IMG/VR virus record: IMGVR_UViG_3300032227_000893
Coordinates: 3,482-67,481 of that record
Length of the DNA: 64,000 nucleotides
Origin: a virus
Lineage: Duplodnaviria; Caudoviricetes
Direction: 5' to 3' (one strand)
The notes beneath the pieces were generated by a model. It was given only the letters and a program-made list of their open reading frames with translations. It had not been told where the DNA came from and did no database searches. This document shows, piece by piece, positions 57,537 to 64,000 of this stretch. The translations under genes and the position numbers were made by a program. How positions within the stretch are numbered: position 1 is the first letter of the stretch; every line of letters starts with the position of its first letter.

Positions 57537-57545
57537 TCCTCATAG
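57366..57545 (+). CDS. 59-aa acidic peptide overlapping the palindrome cluster
   Basis: MIIWDKNFG...GKGFGWSS; manually translated. Confidence 0.4.
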   Translation: MIIWDKNFGNNKKEEPVEAPFSASEIIETISEPETLSTIVETEDKPEQGSAGKGFGWSS

Positions 57546-57741
57546 GACAATTTACCAACTGGCACATTTTGATTAGGAGGGGGCGTGTAGACTCGTCCCG
57601 TTCTTTTCCATGGTTCCGCTCCTAGGTATCCTTCGCCGGAGCGCCGTTCGCGAGGGTAGGCCCCCAAGGCCGTCATTCGATTGGCGCTCTTTACAATTCC
57701 CCTCTTCTTCTCTATATTGGCTACGACATCAACGTCGTCCA

Positions 57742-57981
57742 ATGCCTACCGCTCCACCAACCCCCGACCAGCTTCCTTCCATTGATCACAATGGAACGCT
57801 TGTGGAGGTGCTTCAGCACCATGGATATTCCACGCCAGATCGTGGGCCAAGGCCTTCGTCGCGAATCCTGTATGGTGTTCGTGACAAGAAAGGCGAACGT
57901 CACTGGCGATCCTCCTTGCATGAAATCACCAGTTTGATTGACCACGGCTTCAGGACCACTGCTGTTGCTTCTGGAGTTTGA
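57742..57981 (+). CDS. hypothetical protein
   Basis: ATG after a pyrimidine-rich leader. Confidence 0.6.
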   Translation: MPTAPPTPDQLPSIDHNGTLVEVLQHHGYSTPDRGPRPSSRILYGVRDKKGERHWRSSLHEITSLIDHGFRTTAVASGV

Positions 57982-58292
57982 CGATGGAAGAAATCAATGA
58001 GCTGATCGAAAAGCTTTCTGTGATTAAAGCAGCACAGAAAGTTTACGCAGAGAAGGAAACCTTCTACAAAGACCTTTTGCTAAAATGCCTCAAGGAAGCA
58101 GGATCAGAAAAAGAAGAGACTGATTGCGGTTCTGTGCGTATTCAACGTCGTTCTGAAAAGGACTATGGGGAAGACGTAAAGCAACAAGAAGCTAGTATAA
58201 AAGAGCTTAAAAAACTCAAGGATGACATTGGCGACTACGAGATTGTAAAAACTACTGAAAGCCTTGTATTTAATTTTTCCAGCAAGTCATGA
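57978..58292 (+). CDS. hypothetical coiled-coil protein
   Basis: TTGA overlap; charged composition. Confidence 0.65.
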   Translation: MTMEEINELIEKLSVIKAAQKVYAEKETFYKDLLLKCLKEAGSEKEETDCGSVRIQRRSEKDYGEDVKQQEASIKELKKLKDDIGDYEIVKTTESLVFNFSSKS

Positions 58293-58351
58293 CCACGTTT
58301 TTTATGTGGTTTGCCATTGGTTTCATGGTTGCTTTTATCTTCACTGAATAA
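58289..58351 (+). CDS. 20-aa hydrophobic micropeptide
   Basis: MTTFFMWFAIGFMVAFIFTE; ATGA overlap, ends 5 nt before the next ATG. Confidence 0.5.
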   Translation: MTTFFMWFAIGFMVAFIFTE

Positions 58352-58356
58352 TCATC

Positions 58357-59049
58357 ATGCCTAGTCCAGATATCAATTTTCTCTCAGAAGAAGCCGAGCT
58401 TAAGTATGGAGTGAAGACTCTATTGGAGGCTGGCTTTACTGCAAAACAAATTGATCGCATTAGGCATGAAGTGGGCGTTGGTGCAGACAAAACTCCCTAT
58501 AGCAAGGAGCTAACTGGACAACGTCGGCATATGACGAGCGAACTGCTAGCAGCCAACATGAGCAACAGTCAAATTGCTCGTGTGTTGAGGCTAAGCAAGG
58601 AAACTGTCAATGCCGATAGAAAGCACATTAGGCAGCTCTACACCGACGAAATCCTTAAAAGTGCTGACGTGCATCGTGCCCGCCTCCTGAAGGAACAAAT
58701 GGACCTTAAGGATGCGGCAATGAAAAGCTTTGAAGGCAGCAAGAAGAAACGCACCATCACCACCAGTGATAGCAGCGAAGAAGACAGCCGCTCGATTATC
58801 AAGATTGAAGAAAGCGCTGGCGATGCCAGCTTTTTAAACGTGGCCAAGAATTGTCTTGTCGAGCAGGCCAAGCTTCTCGGTCTCAACGAACTCCGACCAC
58901 AACAGGAAGAAAAGAAAGACTACAAAAGCTTTCTGGATGATCTGGCAAAGACCGTGGGTGACATTAAAGAAAGAGAAGCCAATTCCACTGCCATTGATAC
59001 CACTGTTGCGGATGATGACGCTTCTACTGCCATCGTTTCATTATCTTGA
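58357..59049 (+). CDS. HTH protein, candidate terminase small subunit
   Basis: MSNSQIARVLRLSKETVNAD HTH, then KIEESAGD.SFL...AKLLGL. Confidence 0.55.
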   Translation: MPSPDINFLSEEAELKYGVKTLLEAGFTAKQIDRIRHEVGVGADKTPYSKELTGQRRHMTSELLAANMSNSQIARVLRLSKETVNADRKHIRQLYTDEILKSADVHRARLLKEQMDLKDAAMKSFEGSKKKRTITTSDSSEEDSRSIIKIEESAGDASFLNVAKNCLVEQAKLLGLNELRPQQEEKKDYKSFLDDLAKTVGDIKEREANSTAIDTTVADDDASTAIVSLS

Positions 59050-59097
59050 CAAATCCATGGCAAACCAGTCAGACTGAACGCATCCTCATTTGCTTCC

Positions 59098-59562
59098 ATG
59101 GAATTTAGCTCTGTCGACGATTTTCTTCGTAAGGCCACCAATGCAAAGAAAAACGAAAAAGACTTGATTGATGATGAACTCCACGGGATGCTGTCCGATC
59201 CAAGCACTGTTGGAGTGCCGCCTGAACTAGCTAAAACCATTGGGGGGCTTTACAAAGAATATGGGGATGAAGCCCTCAGGCAGGTGGGTATGTTTGCTCT
59301 CGGGAAGTGGATGCATCTTCATAATGAAACCATCCAAAGCCATATTGAAAATGGTGGCTGGCAGGAATCGTTGCTGGTGATGAACGATATCAGCAGGCTT
59401 TCTGCTGCATTGCGCATGGTGGAGGAAATTGGTAGCTTTAGTGGCACTGAGCAATGGACGAAAATGCTGAAGAAGGCGGTTGGGCAGGCCGTAATGGAAA
59501 ACTGCGAAGATCAAGGCATTGACATTTTCTCGTTTTTCAATAGCAACGAGCATGACAACTAA
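59098..59562 (+). CDS. hypothetical protein
   Basis: 154-aa helical ORF. Confidence 0.65.
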   Translation: MEFSSVDDFLRKATNAKKNEKDLIDDELHGMLSDPSTVGVPPELAKTIGGLYKEYGDEALRQVGMFALGKWMHLHNETIQSHIENGGWQESLLVMNDISRLSAALRMVEEIGSFSGTEQWTKMLKKAVGQAVMENCEDQGIDIFSFFNSNEHDN

Positions 59563-59953
59563 ATTTCCCCCCACCGTAAATCTTTGTATTCCGCCAGCTT
59601 TACTGGCTGAGGCAGAGGCCATCGCCTCTGAGCATCCTCCAGTGCATCCCGCATGGTGCAAACTACAGAAGCGTGGCAAGCATTTCGTCATTCGCACGAA
59701 CGATTTGGAGGATATCACGGAAGTGGCTGATTGGGCCCGGTCAGCTTTGGTAGAACCGGCTGGCCCCTTAACGAAGACTAAAAGGCAGGCCTTCCAGGCC
59801 GTCCTGGACAGGGCTTATCGCTATGCAGAGATGGTGCCCCTAGGCTTCTCCCATTGCATTGCCGTGAAGTGGCGTGATAAGCCATTATCAGGCGGCAGCT
59901 TTGTGCGTGGCGATGGTAGCCTCAAAAGTGAAGCCAAGGATAAGAAACGCTAA
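59552..59953 (+). CDS. hypothetical protein
   Basis: Overlaps the upstream gene. Confidence 0.6.
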   Translation: MTTKFPPTVNLCIPPALLAEAEAIASEHPPVHPAWCKLQKRGKHFVIRTNDLEDITEVADWARSALVEPAGPLTKTKRQAFQAVLDRAYRYAEMVPLGFSHCIAVKWRDKPLSGGSFVRGDGSLKSEAKDKKR

Positions 59954-59965
59954 TCACCAACAGGC

Positions 59966-59994
59966 TTGACACTACCCATCGTTTCGTTCATTAT
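59966..59994 (+). promoter_or_regulatory. sigma70-type promoter TTGACA-N17-CATTAT
   Basis: Perfect -35, 17-nt spacer, 24 nt before ATG 60019. Confidence 0.7.
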
Positions 59995-60018
59995 GGGCCA
60001 GTACCAAACAGGCCAGCG

Positions 60019-60351
60019 ATGGCTCCTCTCATGGCTCTCTTCCTGGAAAGCATTCCCAACACGACTAGCGTCTTCACCGACAAGGGCGATTTAGTAATGA
60101 ACCTTGATCGCCCTGTAGTTTCATCGTATCTGCAGATTAAGGAACTGGAAGAGTGGCTTATCACTCTTGAGGAAACAATGGCTCGGGAAACAAATGTTGT
60201 CAATCGCCGTTCTCTTGAAGGCATTTATTTCATGCTAAAAGCTGCCCGTCGCAAGCATCTGGACCAGCATGAGGAAGTCCAGAGTCAGGCCCCCACTGCT
60301 GATGATCTCCAGGCCTATCTTTCTGCTTACGCTGCTGCCATTGCATCATGA
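60019..60351 (+). CDS. hypothetical early protein
   Basis: First gene after the promoter. Confidence 0.6.
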   Translation: MAPLMALFLESIPNTTSVFTDKGDLVMNLDRPVVSSYLQIKELEEWLITLEETMARETNVVNRRSLEGIYFMLKAARRKHLDQHEEVQSQAPTADDLQAYLSAYAAAIAS

Positions 60352-60689
60352 TTAATTCTTCCCCAATCACCCCACTGCCTGAGTTGGTGCGCGAGTGGTG
60401 CGTTCACAGCAACAAGTACGAAACCTACGATCAGTTCTGGAACCATATCGCCACCGAAGCCGCTCGCTGGGGTGCCGACCAGGAGCTGGAGGCGTGTTGT
60501 GCAGAGGTGTCTTGGAACGGAAATAAGGCTCTGGCTGTAGAACTACGCAATCGCCGTCGCCCCAAGCCGCCGACGCTGAAGGAGCAGGCGCTTGCCAGAT
60601 TAGCAGAACTGGAAAGCAAGCTAGGCAACGACTTTCCTAAAACAATTGCCAGCCTCCGCTGCGCCATTGAGGCATTGCCCAATGACTAG
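60348..60689 (+). CDS. hypothetical protein (WGADQELEACC / PKPPTLKEQAL modules)
   Basis: ATGA overlap. Confidence 0.65.
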   Translation: MINSSPITPLPELVREWCVHSNKYETYDQFWNHIATEAARWGADQELEACCAEVSWNGNKALAVELRNRRRPKPPTLKEQALARLAELESKLGNDFPKTIASLRCAIEALPND

Positions 60690-61011
60690 CCACCTCCCCA
60701 CCGACCTCAGCCACCTCAGCGACACAGAGTTCCATTCACTCTGCCCGCAGGGTGAACACGCGCCAGGCCCAGAGCCCCTCTCCCCCGCCGCACAGGCAGT
60801 GCTGGATGCTATCAACAAAAAACTTGACGAAGCCCCTTGGGATGTAAGTTTTTTAGCAGGTGTTAGTGCAGCCGCCGCCCTGCGAGCTGCTGCGGATCAG
60901 GTGGTGCCCAGTGATGCAATGGAACCACGCAATTATTTGCCCATGGCGATTGAGTGTCAACGTATCCGCGCCGAACTCCTCAACATCGCCGACGAACTTG
61001 AGGCACAATGA
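60682..61011 (+). CDS. hypothetical protein (LSPAAQAV...IADELE module)
   Basis: Paralogous segments shared with 61328 and 61488. Confidence 0.7.
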   Translation: MTSHLPTDLSHLSDTEFHSLCPQGEHAPGPEPLSPAAQAVLDAINKKLDEAPWDVSFLAGVSAAAALRAAADQVVPSDAMEPRNYLPMAIECQRIRAELLNIADELEAQ

Positions 61012-61331
61012 CTGAAACCTACCCAGTAACCCAGGACATCTACCTGTCTAATGGTGACTTCTTAAAACAATACCCCGAGGTAACTCGCGTGGAAGTCATT
61101 ACCAACAACGGTCATGAGTTTGTTCGATACGAATGCTCTGACGTTCAAATGAGCCTGCAAGATGACGGGCGAACAATCAAAGTTTTTCTGAAACAAGAGC
61201 AGGTCTCAGAGGAAGAAAATGATAGGCGGTTAAGGGAATATTTGGGGTGGTTAGATAACTTAAGACCGGGAGAACTCACAGAGTTAATAGGCGAGGATTT
61301 TATGGAAGAGTTTCGGAAGGTGTTGCAATGA
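61008..61331 (+). CDS. hypothetical protein
   Basis: ATGA overlap. Confidence 0.65.
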   Translation: MTETYPVTQDIYLSNGDFLKQYPEVTRVEVITNNGHEFVRYECSDVQMSLQDDGRTIKVFLKQEQVSEEENDRRLREYLGWLDNLRPGELTELIGEDFMEEFRKVLQ

Positions 61332-61501
61332 CTAACCTCTCCCCCGCCGCGCAGGACATCCAAGAATTGATGAATGCTTGGAACACCATTGTCACAAATG
61401 TTCGCGCACAATTTCCAAAAACAACCGAAGAAAACATTTATCAATTTTCTAAAAATGCTTTTTATCACTCATTGAGCTGGAACCACAATGACCGACTCTG
61501 A
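61328..61501 (+). CDS. 57-aa protein starting MTNLSPAAQ
   Basis: ATGA overlap; manually translated. Confidence 0.6.
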   Translation: MTNLSPAAQDIQELMNAWNTIVTNVRAQFPKTTEENIYQFSKNAFYHSLSWNHNDRL

Positions 61502-61874
61502 CGACCGTAAAAATCAAATCTGCACAAAATGCGGTGTTGGCAATTACCAAGAAACCAACATTTACGATGACTGGGACGGAGTGCTTCACTGCACCAACAA
61601 AGAGTGCAACCACGAAGTAAAAAGGTACAAGTGGAAAGACAACCCTCCGCCGAAACTTGAAAAAGTCAAGCTATCGGCCGCCGCACAGGCAGTTGCATCG
61701 GCTTACGACAACACGCCTGAGAAAGACACAGGTAACCACCGTTACCTCTGGCTTGCCGCCGCCCTTCGCTCTGCTGTAACCCAAGTAACTCCTGTATCAA
61801 CTAACGCCAGACAAATGAAAATTCGTGATGAATTCCTTGCCATCGCCGATGAACTTCAGGCTATTTCCATTTGA
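61488..61874 (+). CDS. zinc-ribbon + LSAAAQAV...IADEL module protein
   Basis: CTKCG...CTNKEC followed by the shared module. Confidence 0.7.
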   Translation: MTDSDDRKNQICTKCGVGNYQETNIYDDWDGVLHCTNKECNHEVKRYKWKDNPPPKLEKVKLSAAAQAVASAYDNTPEKDTGNHRYLWLAAALRSAVTQVTPVSTNARQMKIRDEFLAIADELQAISI

Positions 61875-61890
61875 AACTAAATTAGAAGCA

Positions 61891-61922
61891 AAAAAAGGGG
61901 GGCCTTCAGGGGCCCCTTTTTA
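61891..61922. terminator. bidirectional intrinsic terminator
   Basis: A6-GGGGCC-loop-GGCCCC-T5. Confidence 0.7.
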
Positions 61923-62040
61923 TTAGCTTGACGAGTTCCGAGAGGCTGAGTGCCTCACAAATCAGGCTTTTGCCATCCATACCATTGCACTATACAGCCA
62001 AGGCTCAATTGGCTTCGTATAAGGTCCGGCTAGTAATAGA

Positions 62041-62240
62041 CAAAAGAAAAGGGCCCTTACGGACCCTCGTCTTTATCACCCTCCGATTGCGCTGCTCCTC
62101 ACAAAGGGAAAGGAACCCAAACGAGCCAACCACAAAGCCCGGTCTATCCTTACGGAGAAGACATTCCTTTCACGCCGTCCATCCTCGCGGGCCCTACGTG
62201 GGGACGTAGAACGAAGCCGAAGCATCAGGACCGAGTGACT
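62041..62240 (-). ncRNA. candidate ~200-nt structured non-coding RNA
   Basis: Own extended -10, paired 5'/3' ends, GNRA tetraloops, terminal GGGTCC-GTAA-GGGCCC-TTTTCTTTT; G-U pairs favour the minus strand. Confidence 0.6.
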
Positions 62241-62245
62241 TGCAA

Positions 62246-62254
62246 ATCATACCA
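62246..62254 (-). promoter_or_regulatory. extended -10 promoter (TGGTATGAT) for the ncRNA
   Basis: Reverse complement of atcatacca. Confidence 0.6.
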
Positions 62255-62312
62255 CACCTCGCACGCCTCCACCCGTGCTAGGGCAAGGTTCGGTTAACCG
62301 TCTCTTAAATCG

Positions 62313-62321
62313 TGCTAGCGT
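62313..62321 (+). promoter_or_regulatory. extended -10 promoter (TGCTAGCGT) for rlpA
   Basis: TGnTAnnnT, divergent from the ncRNA promoter. Confidence 0.45.
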
Positions 62322-62375
62322 CAAGGAGCTGGTCAGGCGACTGTCAGCCCAAACTGACATTCTTCTTCTTTTCCT

Positions 62376-62741
62376 GTGATCAAAACATTATTCTCCGTTT
62401 GCTTTGCTGCCCTCACCTTCGTGCCAGTGGTCAGCGAAGCTGCTTCATCGCGTCAATGCGGCACATCCTCTTGGTATGGCATGGGAGACGGCTTCCATGG
62501 GCAACGAACTGCCAATGGGGAACGCTTCAGTGCTTATGCCATGACTGCTGCCCATCGCTACCTCCCGCTTGGTTCCACGGTGAAGGTGACCAACCCGGCC
62601 AATGGCAGGAAGGTGACAGTCAGGATCAATGACAGAGGCCCGTATTACGGCAGTCGCATCCTCGATCTGTCCTACGCAGCCTTCGCAAAATTAGCCAGTC
62701 CAGGCAGTGGCACAGCGCAAGTGTGCATTGCTCGCCTTTAG
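62376..62741 (+). CDS. rlpA: RlpA-like lytic transglycosylase (DPBB) with signal peptide
   Basis: SWYG..FHGQRTANGERF...TAAHR.LP.G..V.VTN...VRINDRGPY...ILDLS. Confidence 0.9.
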   Translation: MIKTLFSVCFAALTFVPVVSEAASSRQCGTSSWYGMGDGFHGQRTANGERFSAYAMTAAHRYLPLGSTVKVTNPANGRKVTVRINDRGPYYGSRILDLSYAAFAKLASPGSGTAQVCIARL

Positions 62742-62767
62742 GGCATGATGGCTTTGCAAAGTGCTGC

Positions 62768-62800
62768 AAGCGTCTTCTCGGCTGGGGAGGCGCTTTTTTT
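62768..62800 (+). terminator. intrinsic terminator after rlpA
   Basis: AAGCGTCTTCTC-GGCT-GGGGAGGCGCTT followed by T-run. Confidence 0.75.
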
Positions 62801-62850
62801 TGTAACGATTTATTACAGCGCTGGCAAAAGCGGCCATTTGGCTGTATTCT
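62801..62850 (+). promoter_or_regulatory. TGTAA-N7-TTACA site followed by TGGCAA-N17-TATTCT promoter
   Basis: Site 62801-62817; -35 62822-62827; -10 62845-62850; same site at 63936-63952. Confidence 0.45.
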
Positions 62851-62878
62851 TCTTTCACGAGGCGCGACCCTCTCAACC

Positions 62879-63184
62879 ATGCCCACTTCAACCATGTTCA
62901 AGCCCCAAACCAAGACCGACATCATCAAGCGTTTCATCTTCGATGCTGGCAGCAGCATCATCAGCGTTGAATTCATCAAGGCCGATGGCACTGTCCGTAA
63001 GCTGCAGTTCAACCCCCTTGATTCGCAGGAGGTCAAAGGCACTGGCCACGCCCTGAAGAAGCCCAGCATCGTGCGCTGCCGTGATTTTGCAGTTGCTCGC
63101 AAGGCAGGCGAAGGCGCATGGCGTTCATTTGATTGCGAGCGCGTGGTCAAGATTCAAGCCCATGGCACCGTCATCTCTTTCTGA
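62879..63184 (+). CDS. WYL_2/SH3-like beta-barrel protein
   Basis: ISVEFIKADGTVRKL...D......WRSF..ERV. Confidence 0.65.
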   Translation: MPTSTMFKPQTKTDIIKRFIFDAGSSIISVEFIKADGTVRKLQFNPLDSQEVKGTGHALKKPSIVRCRDFAVARKAGEGAWRSFDCERVVKIQAHGTVISF

Positions 63185-63187
63185 GCC

Positions 63188-63370
63188 ATGAAAGATACAT
63201 TCATGAACGGCCTTGCCTTCGGTGCGGCCACTGGTGCTCTCGGCTTCCTGGTGTTTGGCATCGTGACTGATTTTCCTGCACCACAGAAGGATCCGCAAGC
63301 GCTTGCCACCTGTTTAAAGCTGCATCCTGAACGCTACTGCCGCATCACCTACGACGGCCTCAAACCTTAA
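63188..63370 (+). CDS. small membrane protein
   Basis: One TM segment, then CLKLHPERYC. Confidence 0.65.
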   Translation: MKDTFMNGLAFGAATGALGFLVFGIVTDFPAPQKDPQALATCLKLHPERYCRITYDGLKP

Positions 63371-63380
63371 TTACAAAACC

Positions 63381-63596
63381 ATGACCTCCTCTTATCTCGA
63401 CAAAATCGAAGCTGACCGTCAGGCACAGCATAGTGGCACTAGCGTCCGTAAGTACCAAACCAGCAATGGCATCAAATGGGAAGTGTACTGCTGGGAGCGT
63501 GTGACTGAACTGCAGCACATCTCCTACCCTGTGTCTGACTTGTTCGACCACGAATGGCAGGCTCAACGTTTCCTTACCGCCCTTAAGCACCGCTGA
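63381..63596 (+). CDS. hypothetical protein
   Basis: Operon context. Confidence 0.6.
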   Translation: MTSSYLDKIEADRQAQHSGTSVRKYQTSNGIKWEVYCWERVTELQHISYPVSDLFDHEWQAQRFLTALKHR

Positions 63597-63598
63597 TC

Positions 63599-63940
63599 AT
63601 GATTAAGCACAAAGCTGATTTACAATGCTGGGCGGACATCGAGGCATGGGCTGCTAGTGGCGCCAGAGCTTCAACAGACCATTGCATTCTTGAGCTGCGT
63701 GCTCGCATTGAAAGTCTGGAGGAAGATTGCTACGAAGAAAATAAATGCAATCATCATTGCTTTGAGGCCCTTGCACAACGCATTGAAAAGCTGGAAAAGG
63801 CTTGCCTTGATAATTGGGTGCCCGAGGTGCCTAGCGCACTGTTAGATCTTCGTTCCCAAGTGGAGAGCTTAAAAAACGATTGCTCTGCAATTTGCTTTCG
63901 CCTTGACACGCTGGAAAACACTTACGAAAGCCTTTTGTAA
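63599..63940 (+). CDS. hypothetical coiled-coil protein
   Basis: CILELRARIESLE heptad pattern repeated. Confidence 0.6.
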   Translation: MIKHKADLQCWADIEAWAASGARASTDHCILELRARIESLEEDCYEENKCNHHCFEALAQRIEKLEKACLDNWVPEVPSALLDLRSQVESLKNDCSAICFRLDTLENTYESLL

Positions 63941-63956
63941 ACAATTGTTACAGCCC

Positions 63957-64000
63957 ATGTTTTTGACCGTCTACCTCGTCTACCTTGCTCTTGTTCAGGC
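63957..64000 (+). CDS. partial hydrophobic ORF running off the window
   Basis: ATG TTT TTG ACC GTC... open to the end. Confidence 0.3.
   Translation, partial: MFLTVYLVYLALVQ

Noticed and set aside
57209-57742. 177-aa minus-strand ORF downstream of primase
   Set aside because: Low-complexity, antisense to a co-directional + strand operon, and overlaps the primase 3' end
62165-62230. Hammerhead-like CTGATG...GAAA on the minus strand
   Set aside because: CTGATGC instead of CTGANGA, and no stem II geometry linking it to GAAA
62802-62816. NtcA box
   Set aside because: Spacing is GTA-N9-TAC, not N8
1-64000. CRISPR array, integrase, DNA/RNA polymerase, psbA/hli, purZ
   Set aside because: No regularly spaced repeats or diagnostic motifs in this window; they could lie outside it

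Overview
The window is most or all of a long-tailed (siphovirus-like) dsDNA phage genome. The host is most likely a picocyanobacterium (inference from the minimal class-O/Cyano-SP ribonucleotide reductase, thyX and typical small cyanophage proteins). Gene order: HNH nucleases, RNR alpha and ferritin-like beta, an atypical tRNA(CAT) and small genes (1-6.4 kb); terL on the minus strand; a head module (portal, MuF-like, DUF2213 protease/scaffold, decoration, MCP) interrupted by a four-gene glycan-synthesis cassette; a lambda-like tail module (tube, chaperone with -1 frameshift, 2000-aa tape measure, M/L/K/I/J-like tip, fibre); a second block of structural genes ending in a 22-aa-repeat protein; a minus-strand lysis cassette; thyX, dcd and an SSB/exonuclease/Sak3 recombination block; a primase-helicase followed by a palindrome-dense origin-like segment; and an early region of small modular genes with rlpA. 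No integrase, DNA/RNA polymerase, photosynthesis gene, CRISPR array or reverse transcriptase was seen. Strongest new observations: (1) a translationally coupled GT4 / GT32-like / sugar O-methyltransferase / HAD+phosphoribosyltransferase (ribofuranosyltransferase-like) cassette inside the head operon; (2) a textbook G GGA AAG + hairpin -1 frameshift in a head-module gene, with a second candidate at the end of sak3; (3) a promoter- and terminator-bounded ~200-nt structured RNA at 62041-62240 (minus); (4) a recurring (R/K)xD(A/S/G/D) motif across head proteins; (5) a circularly permuted M23 peptidase in the tape measure. All family assignments come from motif recognition by eye; no database search was run. 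Several start codons were moved from the ORF track where overlap or promoter context favoured another start.
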